IMG/VR virus record: IMGVR_UViG_3300032303_003678
Location: 1 to 45,421 of that record
DNA from: a virus
Lineage: Duplodnaviria; Caudoviricetes
Reading direction: 5' to 3' (one strand)
DNA: 45,421 nucleotides
Shown: positions 35,384-44,753 of the stretch, piece by piece
Layout: the number at the start of each line of letters is the position of its first letter
Position numbering within the stretch: position 1 is the stretch's first letter
Made by a program: the position numbers and the translations under genes
The notes under the pieces: generated by a model
What the model was told of the DNA's origin: nothing
The model's database searches: none
What the model saw: the letters and a program-made list of their open reading frames with translations, nothing else

Positions 35384-35670
35384 TTTTCATCCTTTCTTGC
35401 AGAAAAAAGAGGCTCGCCTCCGTCAAATCCACTGATCTTCACGGATCCGCCTAGGAAGTTCTTCCAGAGTATATGTCCCACTCTGATGTTTCCGCACCAC
35501 GAAACCACCGCAAAAACCTCATCCAGTTCGGTGATGCCTTGCTGGATGCATGCATTGATGATGTCCTTGGTTTCCTCTTCGGAAAGGGAAACATACTTGT
35601 TTTCCACGGGATCCCAGTGAAGATCATCGGCGGGGATCACGTTGTTTATTATATCTTTGTACATTTTCAT
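35380..35670 (-). CDS. Hypothetical protein
   Basis: Start at ATG 35670 or 35664; ATGA-coupled to the ferritin-like gene. Confidence 0.6.
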   Translation of the reverse strand: MKMYKDIINNVIPADDLHWDPVENKYVSLSEEETKDIINACIQQGITELDEVFAVVSWCGNIRVGHILWKNFLGGSVKISGFDGGEPLFSARKDEK

Positions 35671-35708
35671 GATTCTACTAAATAAGTCGTTCCGCCACAA
35701 TATCAAAA

Positions 35709-35894
35709 CTAGTCTCGGCGTCTAGCTTTCCACTTTTCCCAGCCCTCTTTGGTGAAGAAGGCCGCTGTTGCATAGAAGAATCCGCCGATCACACTCTGGA
35801 GGAACCAGATCAGAAGCGAACATCCAAGGAAACTTACGACGAGGAAGTTCTTTTTTTTATTTCTTTCTTCCGATCTAATATCTGTGTTTTTCAT
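35709..35894 (-). CDS. Small membrane protein (61 aa)
   Basis: MKNTDIRSEERNKKKN, then a long hydrophobic stretch and a basic C-terminus; the longer ORF-track version overlaps terL and is unlikely. Confidence 0.5.
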   Translation of the reverse strand: MKNTDIRSEERNKKKNFLVVSFLGCSLLIWFLQSVIGGFFYATAAFFTKEGWEKWKARRRD

Positions 35895-35909
35895 TCTAGA
35901 TAATGGAGA

Positions 35910-37724
35910 ATGGAAAATGGAAAAATTAAAACGCCTGAAAATTTGCCCTATCCTACGGAGCCTTTCGAGGATTTTTATTTCAGGTTCAAGAACACGAGGG
36001 AGATGGTCAGGGACCCCGAATGGGACAGGATATATTCCATCTACTACGAATTGAGTTCGGACGAGATGGACATCCCGATAGGCGAGAAGGTCGACGATTT
36101 GAACGCGTTTTCCGCGGACAAGCAGATAGAAGAGGTCATAAAGTGCGCCAGGAGTTTTTTCTACTTCTGCCACAGGTATGTAAAAATTCTGCACCCCAAG
36201 TTTGGAACGATACCCTTCATGCTGTACAAGTACCAGAGAAGGGTCATCGGGGAGTTCGGGTCAAAGAGATTCAACATGATCTCAAAGTTCAGGCAGGGGG
36301 GCTTGAGTACCGTGGCGGTTCTCTGGGGTCTGTGGAAGTGCATGTTCCAGAAGGATCAGCAGATTTACTTCCTCTCCAAGACGGACCGCGAGGCTCTGGC
36401 TGCGGGGGACATAGCCAGAAGGGCGATGGACAACTTCCCCTACTGGATGTACGACGCAAGCAACGCGGACATAACCAAGCACGAGAAGAGCTTCAACGAC
36501 GTCGGATCAAAGATATGCTTCTACACGCCCGAGGCCGCCCGAGGAAAGTCCGCCACTTACATCATGATCGACGAGGCGGCGTTCATAGAGAAGATGGACG
36601 AGCACTGGAAGGCGATGTACCCTGTGATCGCCACGGGAGGACACATAGAGATCATCTCTACGGTCAACGGGCTTGGAAACTGGTACGAGGAGACATACCA
36701 CGAGGCGCAGGCGGGACGTAACTTCTTCAACATAATAGAACTAGACTATTGGGAGCATCCCGTCTACGCGAACCCCGAATGGGCGGAGGCGATGAGGGCC
36801 AACCTCGGCGAGAAGGGATGGCAGCAAGAGGTGCTGAGAGACTTTCTCGGATCGGGCGAAACCTACATAAGCTCCACCGTCATAAGCCAGTATGACAGGA
36901 CCGTGCGGAACATAGCCCCTTCGAGAACGGCTTTTTCCAAGTGGACCAATGAGTCCCAGCAGAAGCAGGACTTCGAGGACGGAGCCCTTTGGATATGGAA
37001 GGAGCCGATGGTCGGACACGAATACATCATAGGCGCGGACTGCGCCGAGGGCGTGGGCAAGGACGGCGACAACTCGTGCTTTGAGATAATAGACGCTACG
37101 AGCCTCGAGCAGGTGGCCGAATTCTACAGCAACCTTGTGCCTCCCAACGTGTTCGCACAGATAATCAACCAGATCGGAATATACTACAATACAGCGACGG
37201 TAGCGGTGGAGAACAACGCCATTGGAGGAGCTGTCATAAACTGCCTGAGCAACGACATGGGATACGAGGCGATATACTACGAGGCAAGGAAGACCTCGTC
37301 CAGGCTGGGAATAAAGGTGAGTTCCTCCAACAGGCCGATACTGCTCGAGTCCATGCAGAGCAGGCTCATGACGGGGGCGGTTCGGCTCAACAGCCAGAGG
37401 CTTGTAAACGAACTGAAGACCTTCATATACAGCCCGCAGAAAAAGAGGGCCGAGGCCATAAAGGGAAAGCACGACGACGCCATAATGTCTCTCTGTTTCG
37501 CGCTTTATGTGAGGGACGAGAGGATAAGGGGACTTCCCGTCAGTTCGGAGATGTCCGACGTCGGAACCCCCCTGAAGAAGTCTCCCTATGAAGAAATCAA
37601 GAAAGAGATAATGGAAGGGGGCTCGACGGGCTGGCTGGACGCTCGTGGGGGCGACACCTTCTCAATGGGCGAGGGCGACATCCCGAGGAAGAACGACGCT
37701 ATACTCAAGGAGTTCGGATGGTGA
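35910..37724 (+). CDS. terL: Terminase large subunit (T4 gp17-like)
   Basis: PFMLYKYQ (Q motif), KFRQGGLST Walker A, IMIDEAAF Walker B, ISTVNG, IGADCAEG.G.D, VENN, HDDAIMS RNase H nuclease motifs. Confidence 0.95.
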   Translation: MENGKIKTPENLPYPTEPFEDFYFRFKNTREMVRDPEWDRIYSIYYELSSDEMDIPIGEKVDDLNAFSADKQIEEVIKCARSFFYFCHRYVKILHPKFGTIPFMLYKYQRRVIGEFGSKRFNMISKFRQGGLSTVAVLWGLWKCMFQKDQQIYFLSKTDREALAAGDIARRAMDNFPYWMYDASNADITKHEKSFNDVGSKICFYTPEAARGKSATYIMIDEAAFIEKMDEHWKAMYPVIATGGHIEIISTVNGLGNWYEETYHEAQAGRNFFNIIELDYWEHPVYANPEWAEAMRANLGEKGWQQEVLRDFLGSGETYISSTVISQYDRTVRNIAPSRTAFSKWTNESQQKQDFEDGALWIWKEPMVGHEYIIGADCAEGVGKDGDNSCFEIIDATSLEQVAEFYSNLVPPNVFAQIINQIGIYYNTATVAVENNAIGGAVINCLSNDMGYEAIYYEARKTSSRLGIKVSSSNRPILLESMQSRLMTGAVRLNSQRLVNELKTFIYSPQKKRAEAIKGKHDDAIMSLCFALYVRDERIRGLPVSSEMSDVGTPLKKSPYEEIKKEIMEGGSTGWLDARGGDTFSMGEGDIPRKNDAILKEFGW

Positions 37725-38029
37725 AGAACAGACAGGTCAAAAGAATAATAGAGGATGCGATAGACAGGTGCGGGGGAGTGAAGATGCAAGGCGTCAAGTC
37801 CCATCTGATCCGGGCGCTAAGGGAAATCTCCGAGGCGGAAAAGAAAGAGGAAAGGAAGAGGAGTGCGGCTCCCGTGCAACAGTGGAAATTTGACATCGCC
37901 ACAGGCAGAATGAAGAACATGACAAGGGAGCAGGCGAACAACGCCCTCGGAAACATAGAAAGAATGATAGAGAACGAAGCGGGAAAGAGCGGAGGTTCAG
38001 ACGAGGACGCAGAAGCCATCATCGGTTGA
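37718..38029 (+). CDS. Hypothetical helical protein coupled to terL
   Basis: 103 aa; AGGAG RBS; overlaps the terL stop. Confidence 0.65.
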   Translation: MVKNRQVKRIIEDAIDRCGGVKMQGVKSHLIRALREISEAEKKEERKRSAAPVQQWKFDIATGRMKNMTREQANNALGNIERMIENEAGKSGGSDEDAEAIIG

Positions 38030-38106
38030 ATAATTCGACCAGATGGTCGTAGTTGAATCCCATCGCATATCCGATGAGAAAAAAGACGGCAGAGATGGCC
38101 AGAAGC

Positions 38107-38382
38107 CTAGTGAGACGACCCAAGGTGATCGCCTTCCATTCTTTTCTGGGTAGTTCTGCAGATCTCGTCCATTCCCCACCTGTCCTTGTCATTGAATTCG
38201 GGAGCGCTTCCGGTCATCTCAAGGTTGACGGAGCCATCGCTGACCTTCCAGAATCCTACGGGGAATTCTACGCCGTTTTTGTGCCAGATGAGTTCCATGC
38301 ACCCGAGCCTTTTGATCTCGTAGTTTTCAAGGACGTAGTTTCTGGCCTCGATGTTTCCTATCTTGTATTTGTACGGAAGCAT
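38107..38382 (-). CDS. Hypothetical protein
   Basis: ATG 38382 with AAGGAG RBS. Confidence 0.55.
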   Translation of the reverse strand: MLPYKYKIGNIEARNYVLENYEIKRLGCMELIWHKNGVEFPVGFWKVSDGSVNLEMTGSAPEFNDKDRWGMDEICRTTQKRMEGDHLGSSH

Positions 38383-38429
38383 AAAGTTCTCCTTTTGAGG
38401 CAATATACATCGGGACTCTAAATAATTCC

Positions 38430-39284
38430 ATGCCAAAAATTCTCGTCACCGGCGGAGCCGGATTCGTCGGCTCCAATTTGATTGAGGCGCTTGTGTCCTC
38501 GGGTGCGGAGGCGTGTTCGCTGGACGACTATTCAACGGGGCGGGAGGAGAATCACGTCGTCGGATGCGAATACCACAGGGGCGATGTATCAGAAGAAAAG
38601 GGCCTGGGCGTTGTGGGGGCCGTGGACTTCATATTTCATCTTGCCGCAAAGGCGAGGATATCCCGATCCTTTGAGGATTCCGCCGGATATTTCAAGGCAA
38701 ACGCCATGGGGACGATGGGCGTCTGCCGCTTCGCACTTGAACGGAACATACCTCTTGTCTACGCGGGCACGGGGAGCAATCACGGAGGACGGTATAGAAA
38801 TCCCTACACATTTTCCAAGGCCGTCGGCGAGGATGTCATCAGAATGAGCATGGGGCTTGGACTCAAGGCGTCAATTGCAAGATTCTTTAATGTTTACGGA
38901 CCGCACGAGTCCATGTGCGAAGAACACTCCACGCTCATAGGGTCATGGCGTGGCAGGGTGGCCAGGGGCGAAATTCCCGTCATCTATGGCGACGGAACGA
39001 AGGTCAGAGATTTTACGCATGTAAGTGACATAACAGAAGGCCTGATGAGCATCATGCGTAAGAGGGCGTTCGGATTTGAATTTGATCTCGGAAGAGGATG
39101 TCCCTTGAGCGTCTTGGAGGTTTCAAGGATGTTCGGCTGCGGATTTGAATTCCGGCCGGACAGAAGGGGCGAGATGCAGGAATCCGTTTGCGACAACTCG
39201 CTCGCTAGAAAAATATTGGGATGGAATCCCTCCAGAAATCTGAAAGACTATTTGGATTCGGAGAAAATTCGCACAAGTCCATGA
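38430..39284 (+). CDS. NAD-dependent epimerase/dehydratase (extended SDR, NDP-sugar)
   Basis: ILVTGGAGFVGS, IFHLAA, YTFSK (YxxxK), RFFNVYGP, GDGTKVRDFTHVSD. Confidence 0.92.
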   Translation: MPKILVTGGAGFVGSNLIEALVSSGAEACSLDDYSTGREENHVVGCEYHRGDVSEEKGLGVVGAVDFIFHLAAKARISRSFEDSAGYFKANAMGTMGVCRFALERNIPLVYAGTGSNHGGRYRNPYTFSKAVGEDVIRMSMGLGLKASIARFFNVYGPHESMCEEHSTLIGSWRGRVARGEIPVIYGDGTKVRDFTHVSDITEGLMSIMRKRAFGFEFDLGRGCPLSVLEVSRMFGCGFEFRPDRRGEMQESVCDNSLARKILGWNPSRNLKDYLDSEKIRTSP

Positions 39285-39324
39285 AAAAATGAATAGATAT
39301 ATGTGAGGCTGCAAGGAGGGCTCC

Positions 39325-39753
39325 ATGGGCAAAAGAGAGAATTTCAAAAAGTTTCTGAAGGCAAGAGAGAAGGTTGAACTCCCCAAGGGAAAGCCGCTTC
39401 CGCAAAAGGACATCCCCCAGCTGAGCGAGGGCCATGCGGGGGTTTCTTCATTCTGCAGGCTTGTGACCCCGGGTCAGGAAACGGCGACCATACGGGCCGG
39501 AAACGCCGGGATGGGATACCAGGTCGTTTCGGCAGAGGAGCAGATTGAAAAACTCAATCAGATTCCCATAGAAAATCAATCGGCTCTCATAAAATACAGA
39601 CAGAACATAACGGTTCCGGCCGTGTGGCTTGGAGAACAGGGGATAAGGGTGTCAAACATACCGATGATCCCGGCGGAAAAAATATCAAATCTAAATACAT
39701 ACATCCAAAGCCGCCTCCTCAGAGTCGACGGGGGCAATCTAGACGCCCGTTAA
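39325..39753 (+). CDS. Hypothetical protein (N-terminal FKKFL motif)
   Basis: 142 aa; AGGAGG RBS. Confidence 0.6.
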   Translation: MGKRENFKKFLKAREKVELPKGKPLPQKDIPQLSEGHAGVSSFCRLVTPGQETATIRAGNAGMGYQVVSAEEQIEKLNQIPIENQSALIKYRQNITVPAVWLGEQGIRVSNIPMIPAEKISNLNTYIQSRLLRVDGGNLDAR

Positions 39754-39763
39754 AAAAAGGAAA

Positions 39764-40813
39764 GTGATGGTAGACCCTGCCGGAGAGGTGGTGATTCAGA
39801 TAAGGAGGGCCACCTCCTCCACCTGGACTCAACTGAACTTCTTGCTTGAAGAAGGCGAGATGGGTCTGGAGTTGGACACCCGCAGAATAAAAATAGGCAC
39901 GGGACAAACGAGATGGAATGAACTTCCTTATTCCCTGAAGCAGACCGACAACCTTCTGTTGGACGGCAACGCCATCTCCTCCGTTGATTCCAACGGGGAC
40001 ATCGAACTCGCACCCGACGGATCCGGAAAGGTCGTGGTGTATTCCGATCTTTTCGTGGACGGAGAAATTTATTCGCAAGGCGACAAGAGGGTGGCGACCG
40101 AGGAATACGTCAATTCGGTCAAACAGGTCCTGGACGTGAAGGACTCGGTGAGGACTGCTACATTGTCGGCGATCATGCTCGCGGGAATTCAGACGGTGGA
40201 CGGGGTTCAGCTGTCGGCGGGGGACAGGGTTCTAGTCAAGAATCAGAATGCGATGTCGGAAAACGGGATATATTCCGCATCTCCTGGAATCTGGGTGAGA
40301 TCCGAGGATGCGAATTCAAACCTGAAGGTGACTCCGGGGATTTTTGTCTTCGTGGAGGAGGGAGAATCCAACGCCAACAGCGGATGGGTTCTTTCGTCCG
40401 ATGTTCCGATAGCCCTGGGGGAGACAGACATAATATTCTCCCAGTTCAGCGGAGCAGGTCAGATCTCCGCTGGAGCGGGGCTCATAAAGACGGAAAATCA
40501 AATTGATGCCGTGGGGACGCCCGGCAGAATATTGGTCGGAGCCGACAACATCGACATATCGCCGGACTACGAGGGCCAGACATCCATCAGCGTCTTGGGA
40601 ATGGTGTCCACTGGCACGTGGAGGGGTACGGCGATCGAGGTGCCGCACGGGGGAACGGGTCTGTCCGCGTTCTCTCCCGGAGACATCCTTTATGCGGGAG
40701 AAAACAACATTCTTCTGCGACTTTCCGCCGGCGGAGGGCGTTCTTTTCTGAAGATGAACGCAGATGGCACGGCTCCCGAATGGTCAAATGTCATAGACGG
40801 CGGAACTCCCTGA
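39764..40813 (+). CDS. Tail fibre-related protein (Mtd/hyaluronidase-like N-terminal domain + VRxAT-GDRVLVK module)
   Basis: IQIRR....W....L.EGEMGLELDTRRIKIGTG...WNELPY; VKDSVRTAT..GDRVLVKNQ..ENGIY; C-terminal IDGG. Confidence 0.75.
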   Translation: MMVDPAGEVVIQIRRATSSTWTQLNFLLEEGEMGLELDTRRIKIGTGQTRWNELPYSLKQTDNLLLDGNAISSVDSNGDIELAPDGSGKVVVYSDLFVDGEIYSQGDKRVATEEYVNSVKQVLDVKDSVRTATLSAIMLAGIQTVDGVQLSAGDRVLVKNQNAMSENGIYSASPGIWVRSEDANSNLKVTPGIFVFVEEGESNANSGWVLSSDVPIALGETDIIFSQFSGAGQISAGAGLIKTENQIDAVGTPGRILVGADNIDISPDYEGQTSISVLGMVSTGTWRGTAIEVPHGGTGLSAFSPGDILYAGENNILLRLSAGGGRSFLKMNADGTAPEWSNVIDGGTP

Positions 40814-40911
40814 TCCGGTTCGTTTTTTGAAAAAAGCGACCGTTCTTTTCTTGCTTCCGTGTATTCCACGTATTTCTCCGAAAAAACCTCCGTGAATATT
40901 ATATAAGAAGT

Positions 40912-41073
40912 ATGGATAAATCACGGAAAGAAAAGCTCTCCAAAGAAATCGTGGTGATGATACAGCCCTCGCTCTATCGCCAGTTCAAGAACAAGTGCGA
41001 CAAGAACTACGTCAAAGTAAGCGAGGTCATACGCCAGCTCGTCCGTGAATACATCAAGAAAGAGGAGGGCTAG
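40912..41073 (+). CDS. Ribbon-helix-helix (CopG/ParG-like) DNA-binding protein, 53 aa (not in ORF track)
   Basis: MDKSRKEKLSKEIVVMIQPSLYRQFKNKCDKNYVKVSEVIRQLVREYIKKEEG: beta strand, helix, then SEVIRQLVREYI. Confidence 0.75.
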   Translation: MDKSRKEKLSKEIVVMIQPSLYRQFKNKCDKNYVKVSEVIRQLVREYIKKEEG

Positions 41074-41093
41074 GCCGCCTCTGGTCATTCACC

Positions 41094-41654
41094 ATGCCAA
41101 GAATAGACAACATAAACATAAGAAGGGGAAGCGAACAGGAGTGGCTCTCGGTCAACCCGGTGCTGGATTCCGGGGAGTTCGGATTCGACACGACGAACAA
41201 CCTAGTAAAGGTCGGCAACGGAATTGATCCGTGGAGTTCGCTTTCCGTCATGGCGTTGGCCAACCCGGTGATCCTCGCCGAGAACTCGGCGTTTACAAAC
41301 AAGATGACCATAAGGTCGCCGATCCTGGATTTTGGGCAGGTGGCCGACACCGTGGTGTTTGAGGTTCCTGAAGGCCACGTGTTTTCCATAGACTCGCTTG
41401 AAATACTGACCACCCAGATAGACAGCCCGGACGCGCCTCCTTCTGTCAGATTCGGCAACTCCTCCAATCTCTCGGCCTATTGCGACTCGGAAGAGACCAT
41501 AAGCAACGGCTCGGGCTCAAGGCACATTATAGAAAATCCCCAGGATGCCGCGGCGGCGGGGACAGTCATAACTTTTGGAATCACCTCTGAAAGTTCCGCC
41601 GACTCGCACTTCGGATGCGGGATAATATCAGGACATCTAATAAGGATATCCTGA
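41094..41654 (+). CDS. Tail fibre-related protein (Mtd-like N-terminus + C-terminal domain paralogous to 41776)
   Basis: NIRRGSEQEW...NPVL.SGEFGFDT....KVGNG..PW..L; PSVRFG...GSRHIIENPQ. Confidence 0.7.
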   Translation: MPRIDNINIRRGSEQEWLSVNPVLDSGEFGFDTTNNLVKVGNGIDPWSSLSVMALANPVILAENSAFTNKMTIRSPILDFGQVADTVVFEVPEGHVFSIDSLEILTTQIDSPDAPPSVRFGNSSNLSAYCDSEETISNGSGSRHIIENPQDAAAAGTVITFGITSESSADSHFGCGIISGHLIRIS

Positions 41655-41775
41655 ATTTCTTTGGCTCAACCAAGGGAGTGGGTAAATTCAATAGGCGCTA
41701 AAACTTTTCCAACTGCCGAGTAATTGAATTTAAAAATGAGTATATAAATTCAGACACACAACAAAGGGATTACGC

Positions 41776-44073
41776 ATGCCACTTTCATACGTTGAAAGAT
41801 TCAGAGGGCTGTTCAATGGAAATGTAGCCTCAACTAGCACCTCCACCGGAACCATAGTGGTCACCGGCGGCATAGGCGTCAGCGGAGCCGCAAACACGGG
41901 TTCTGTCGGCACCGGGGCGATTGCCGCGAGCGGTGCGGTGACGATGACCGCTGGAACGGCCAGCACGAGCACCGGCACCGGCACCTTGGTTGTGACCGGC
42001 GGCATAGGCGTCAGCGGTGCGATCTACAGTGCATCCCAGGTGTTAACGGGAGGCACGGCCAGTACGAGCACAGGCACCGGAGCTCTAGTTGTCACCGGCG
42101 GCGTCGGCGTCAGTGGAGCCGTCAACAGCGGATCGTTGGGCACGGGCGCAGTTGCTGCAAGTGGCGCAGTAACAATGACCCAAGGAACAGCCAGCACAAG
42201 TACTGGTTCGGGAACACTTGTGGTGACTGGTGGCGTAGGCGTCAGCGGAACAATATATGCAACGCAAACTAACACTGGGAACATCCAGGTTGCAAGCAAC
42301 ACAATATCTTCTACAAACACGAACGGCGACATAGTGCTAAGCCCGAATGGTTCGGGTGTGGTCAAGATCGGCTCGAACGAGGTCGCCACCAGGTCTTATG
42401 TTGATGCCTCTATCCAGGGCCTGGACATCAAGCAGAGCGTAAAGATTGCGACCGTTGCGGCCGGAACTTTGGCCACCTCCTTCGCCGCTGGGCAGGCCGT
42501 GGACGGATACACGCTTGTCGCGGGCGACAGGATATTAATCAAGAATCAGTCAACCGCATCCGAGAACGGCATATACACCGTCAACGCCTCGGGCGCCCCG
42601 ACTAGGGCGGTGGATGCCGATGCAAACGCTGAAGTAACCGCCGGCTTGTTCGTCTTTGTAGAACAAGGATCGGTTCATTCCGACACCGGCTGGGTCCTCG
42701 CGACCGACTCTCCCATCACTGTTGGAACAACAGGCCTCACATTCGTCCAGTTCAGCAGTGCGGGCGTGGTCACCGCGGGCGACGGCATCACCAGAATCGG
42801 CAATGTCATCAGCGCCAACCTCAAGAGCAACGGCGGACTCGTAATAGAAAGCGGAGCCATCGCCGTAGACCTCGGGGCCTCCAACATAACTGGAACACTT
42901 GCGGTCGCGGACGGCGGTACCGGAGCCACGACTCTGACCGGTTACGTCTATGGAAATGGAACTGGGGCGATGACAGCCTCCACGACCATCCCCGGCAGCG
43001 CGATAACTGGAGCGATAGACAATGTGACTGTCGGAGCAACGACTAGGGCTTCCGGCGCGTTCACGACTCTAGCGGCAAATGGTGCGGTAACGCTTACGGC
43101 AGGAACCGCAAGCACAAGCACCGGAACCGGCACGTTGGTCGTGACCGGCGGTGTGGGTGTGAGCGGAGCCGTGACGAGCGGATCAGTAAGCACAGGTGCA
43201 GTCGCAGCAAGTGGAGCGGTAACGCTTACGGCAGGAACCGCGAGCACAAGCACCGGAACCGGCACGTTGGTTGTGACCGGTGGTGTGGGTGTGAGCGGAG
43301 CGGTGTTTATTGGCAGTAGTTTGACAGCACTTGGATCTATTAATGCCTTAAGCATACAAAATACACCAATTGGAAATGCAATAGCTAGCTCTGGTGCATT
43401 CACAACGCTAACAAGCAATGCAGCAACAACATTTACTGCCAACACTGCAAGTACAAGTACTGGGACTGGAACACTAGTAGTAACTGGTGGCGTAGGTGTT
43501 AGTGGTGCTGTTACTTCAGGTTCTGTGAGCACTGGTGCGGTCGCCGCCAGCGGTGCTGTTACGATGACCGCTGGGACGGCTAGCACAAGCACCGGAACCG
43601 GCACATTGGTCGTGACCGGCGGCGTCGGAGTGAGCGGACAAGTCACCGCAGCCAATGTGGCCATCACCGACGGCTTCAACACCGGCGTTTCGCTCGGAAC
43701 GAACAGTTGGTCTACTGGAGAATTGATTGTCAGGTCGGGAATTGTCAATCTGAAAACCGTTTCCGAATACACGCTTTTCACTGTGCCTACGGGCTACATG
43801 TTCCTTGTGAACACGATGGAGATTGTAACGACCGCCATAACAGCTGCGGGCACGGCTCCAAGCGTCAGATTCGGAACGACATCGCTCCCGTCGGACTACT
43901 ACGGACCTGCTCAAATAACGAGCAACAGCGTTGGATCAAGACACATTATAGAGAATCCTCAAGAGGCCGCGACCGCAGGAACTGCCGTTTCCTTCGGAGT
44001 GACAACGGGATCAACCGCCAGTACCCATTCTGGATGTGCCATAGTCAAGGGATACCTGTTCAAGACCTCTTGA
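41776..44073 (+). CDS. Gly/Thr/Ser/Ala-rich tail fibre protein
   Basis: 8 copies of an ASTSTGTGTLVVTGGVGVSG-type repeat, central GDRILIKNQ..ENGIY module, LAVADGGTGA motif. Confidence 0.8.
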   Translation: MPLSYVERFRGLFNGNVASTSTSTGTIVVTGGIGVSGAANTGSVGTGAIAASGAVTMTAGTASTSTGTGTLVVTGGIGVSGAIYSASQVLTGGTASTSTGTGALVVTGGVGVSGAVNSGSLGTGAVAASGAVTMTQGTASTSTGSGTLVVTGGVGVSGTIYATQTNTGNIQVASNTISSTNTNGDIVLSPNGSGVVKIGSNEVATRSYVDASIQGLDIKQSVKIATVAAGTLATSFAAGQAVDGYTLVAGDRILIKNQSTASENGIYTVNASGAPTRAVDADANAEVTAGLFVFVEQGSVHSDTGWVLATDSPITVGTTGLTFVQFSSAGVVTAGDGITRIGNVISANLKSNGGLVIESGAIAVDLGASNITGTLAVADGGTGATTLTGYVYGNGTGAMTASTTIPGSAITGAIDNVTVGATTRASGAFTTLAANGAVTLTAGTASTSTGTGTLVVTGGVGVSGAVTSGSVSTGAVAASGAVTLTAGTASTSTGTGTLVVTGGVGVSGAVFIGSSLTALGSINALSIQNTPIGNAIASSGAFTTLTSNAATTFTANTASTSTGTGTLVVTGGVGVSGAVTSGSVSTGAVAASGAVTMTAGTASTSTGTGTLVVTGGVGVSGQVTAANVAITDGFNTGVSLGTNSWSTGELIVRSGIVNLKTVSEYTLFTVPTGYMFLVNTMEIVTTAITAAGTAPSVRFGTTSLPSDYYGPAQITSNSVGSRHIIENPQEAATAGTAVSFGVTTGSTASTHSGCAIVKGYLFKTS

Positions 44074-44092
44074 TCAATTACTACTATAAGTC

Positions 44093-44725
44093 ATGAGCAA
44101 TAAAATACTAATTGCGGTTCCTTCGACGGAGCAGGTTGCGGCCGAATTCGCCCAGTGCCTGAGTCTCGCCACGGGATACCTGGTATCCCAGGGACATACG
44201 GTCAATGTGGGTCTTAACATAGGAAGCTATGTCGGCAAGAACAGGAGGGAACTCGTGCAGTACTTCCTCTCCACCGATTTTGAGTACATATGGTGGCTTG
44301 ACTACGACATGACATTCCCAATAGACGCATGCACCAGGCTCCTCAAGCACGACGTTCCCGTGGTCGGCTGCAATTACAGAAAAAGAAGGTTCCCAAACCC
44401 TTCGTTCCTGGCCTGCCGGACCGACAAAAAGTCCATTCTAGACGGGGGGGAGACTGTGGAGCTCACCGACAAGAGTCCGGACACGGAGTTCGTGGACGTC
44501 GTTGGTCACGGCTGCTGCCTAGTCAAGAGGGAGGTCTACGAGAACCTGGGCGAGCCCTATTACATCATGGACTACGACAAGAAGAAGAAGCTTGAGGTCG
44601 GAGAGGACATATTCTTCTTCCAGAGCTTGAAGAACAAGGGCTACAAGGTGCTATGCGATAACCTATTGAGCAAGGACATTTCGCACATCGGCGTGTTCCA
44701 CTTCAGGTACAACCTGAGTTACTGA
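44093..44725 (+). CDS. Glycosyltransferase family 2-like protein
   Basis: ILIAVP, NRRELV..FL, YIWWLDYDM (DxD), GHGCCLVKREVYE, GEDIFF, HIG. Confidence 0.85.
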   Translation: MSNKILIAVPSTEQVAAEFAQCLSLATGYLVSQGHTVNVGLNIGSYVGKNRRELVQYFLSTDFEYIWWLDYDMTFPIDACTRLLKHDVPVVGCNYRKRRFPNPSFLACRTDKKSILDGGETVELTDKSPDTEFVDVVGHGCCLVKREVYENLGEPYYIMDYDKKKKLEVGEDIFFFQSLKNKGYKVLCDNLLSKDISHIGVFHFRYNLSY

Positions 44726-44753
44726 TCTTTGCCTTGCCCGATCTATATACGGT

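Noticed and set aside
35910-37724. Intein or intron in the terminase
   Set aside because: ATPase and nuclease motifs are normally spaced in one continuous 604-aa ORF, with no intein splice motifs or homing endonuclease
39764-41654. Diversity-generating retroelement suggested by Mtd-like N-terminal domains
   Set aside because: No reverse transcriptase in the window, and the 41094/41776 C-terminal similarity is diverged at all bases rather than being an adenine-specific TR/VR pair
22791-44749. Archaeal virus interpretation (TATA-box-like motifs, volactin-like actin, many ATA/AGG codons)
   Set aside because: Most motifs lie 4-12 nt from the ATG, too close for archaeal TATA boxes (~25 nt upstream of the TSS); sigma70 -35/-10 promoters and hairpin-U terminators point to a bacterial host. 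Not fully excluded
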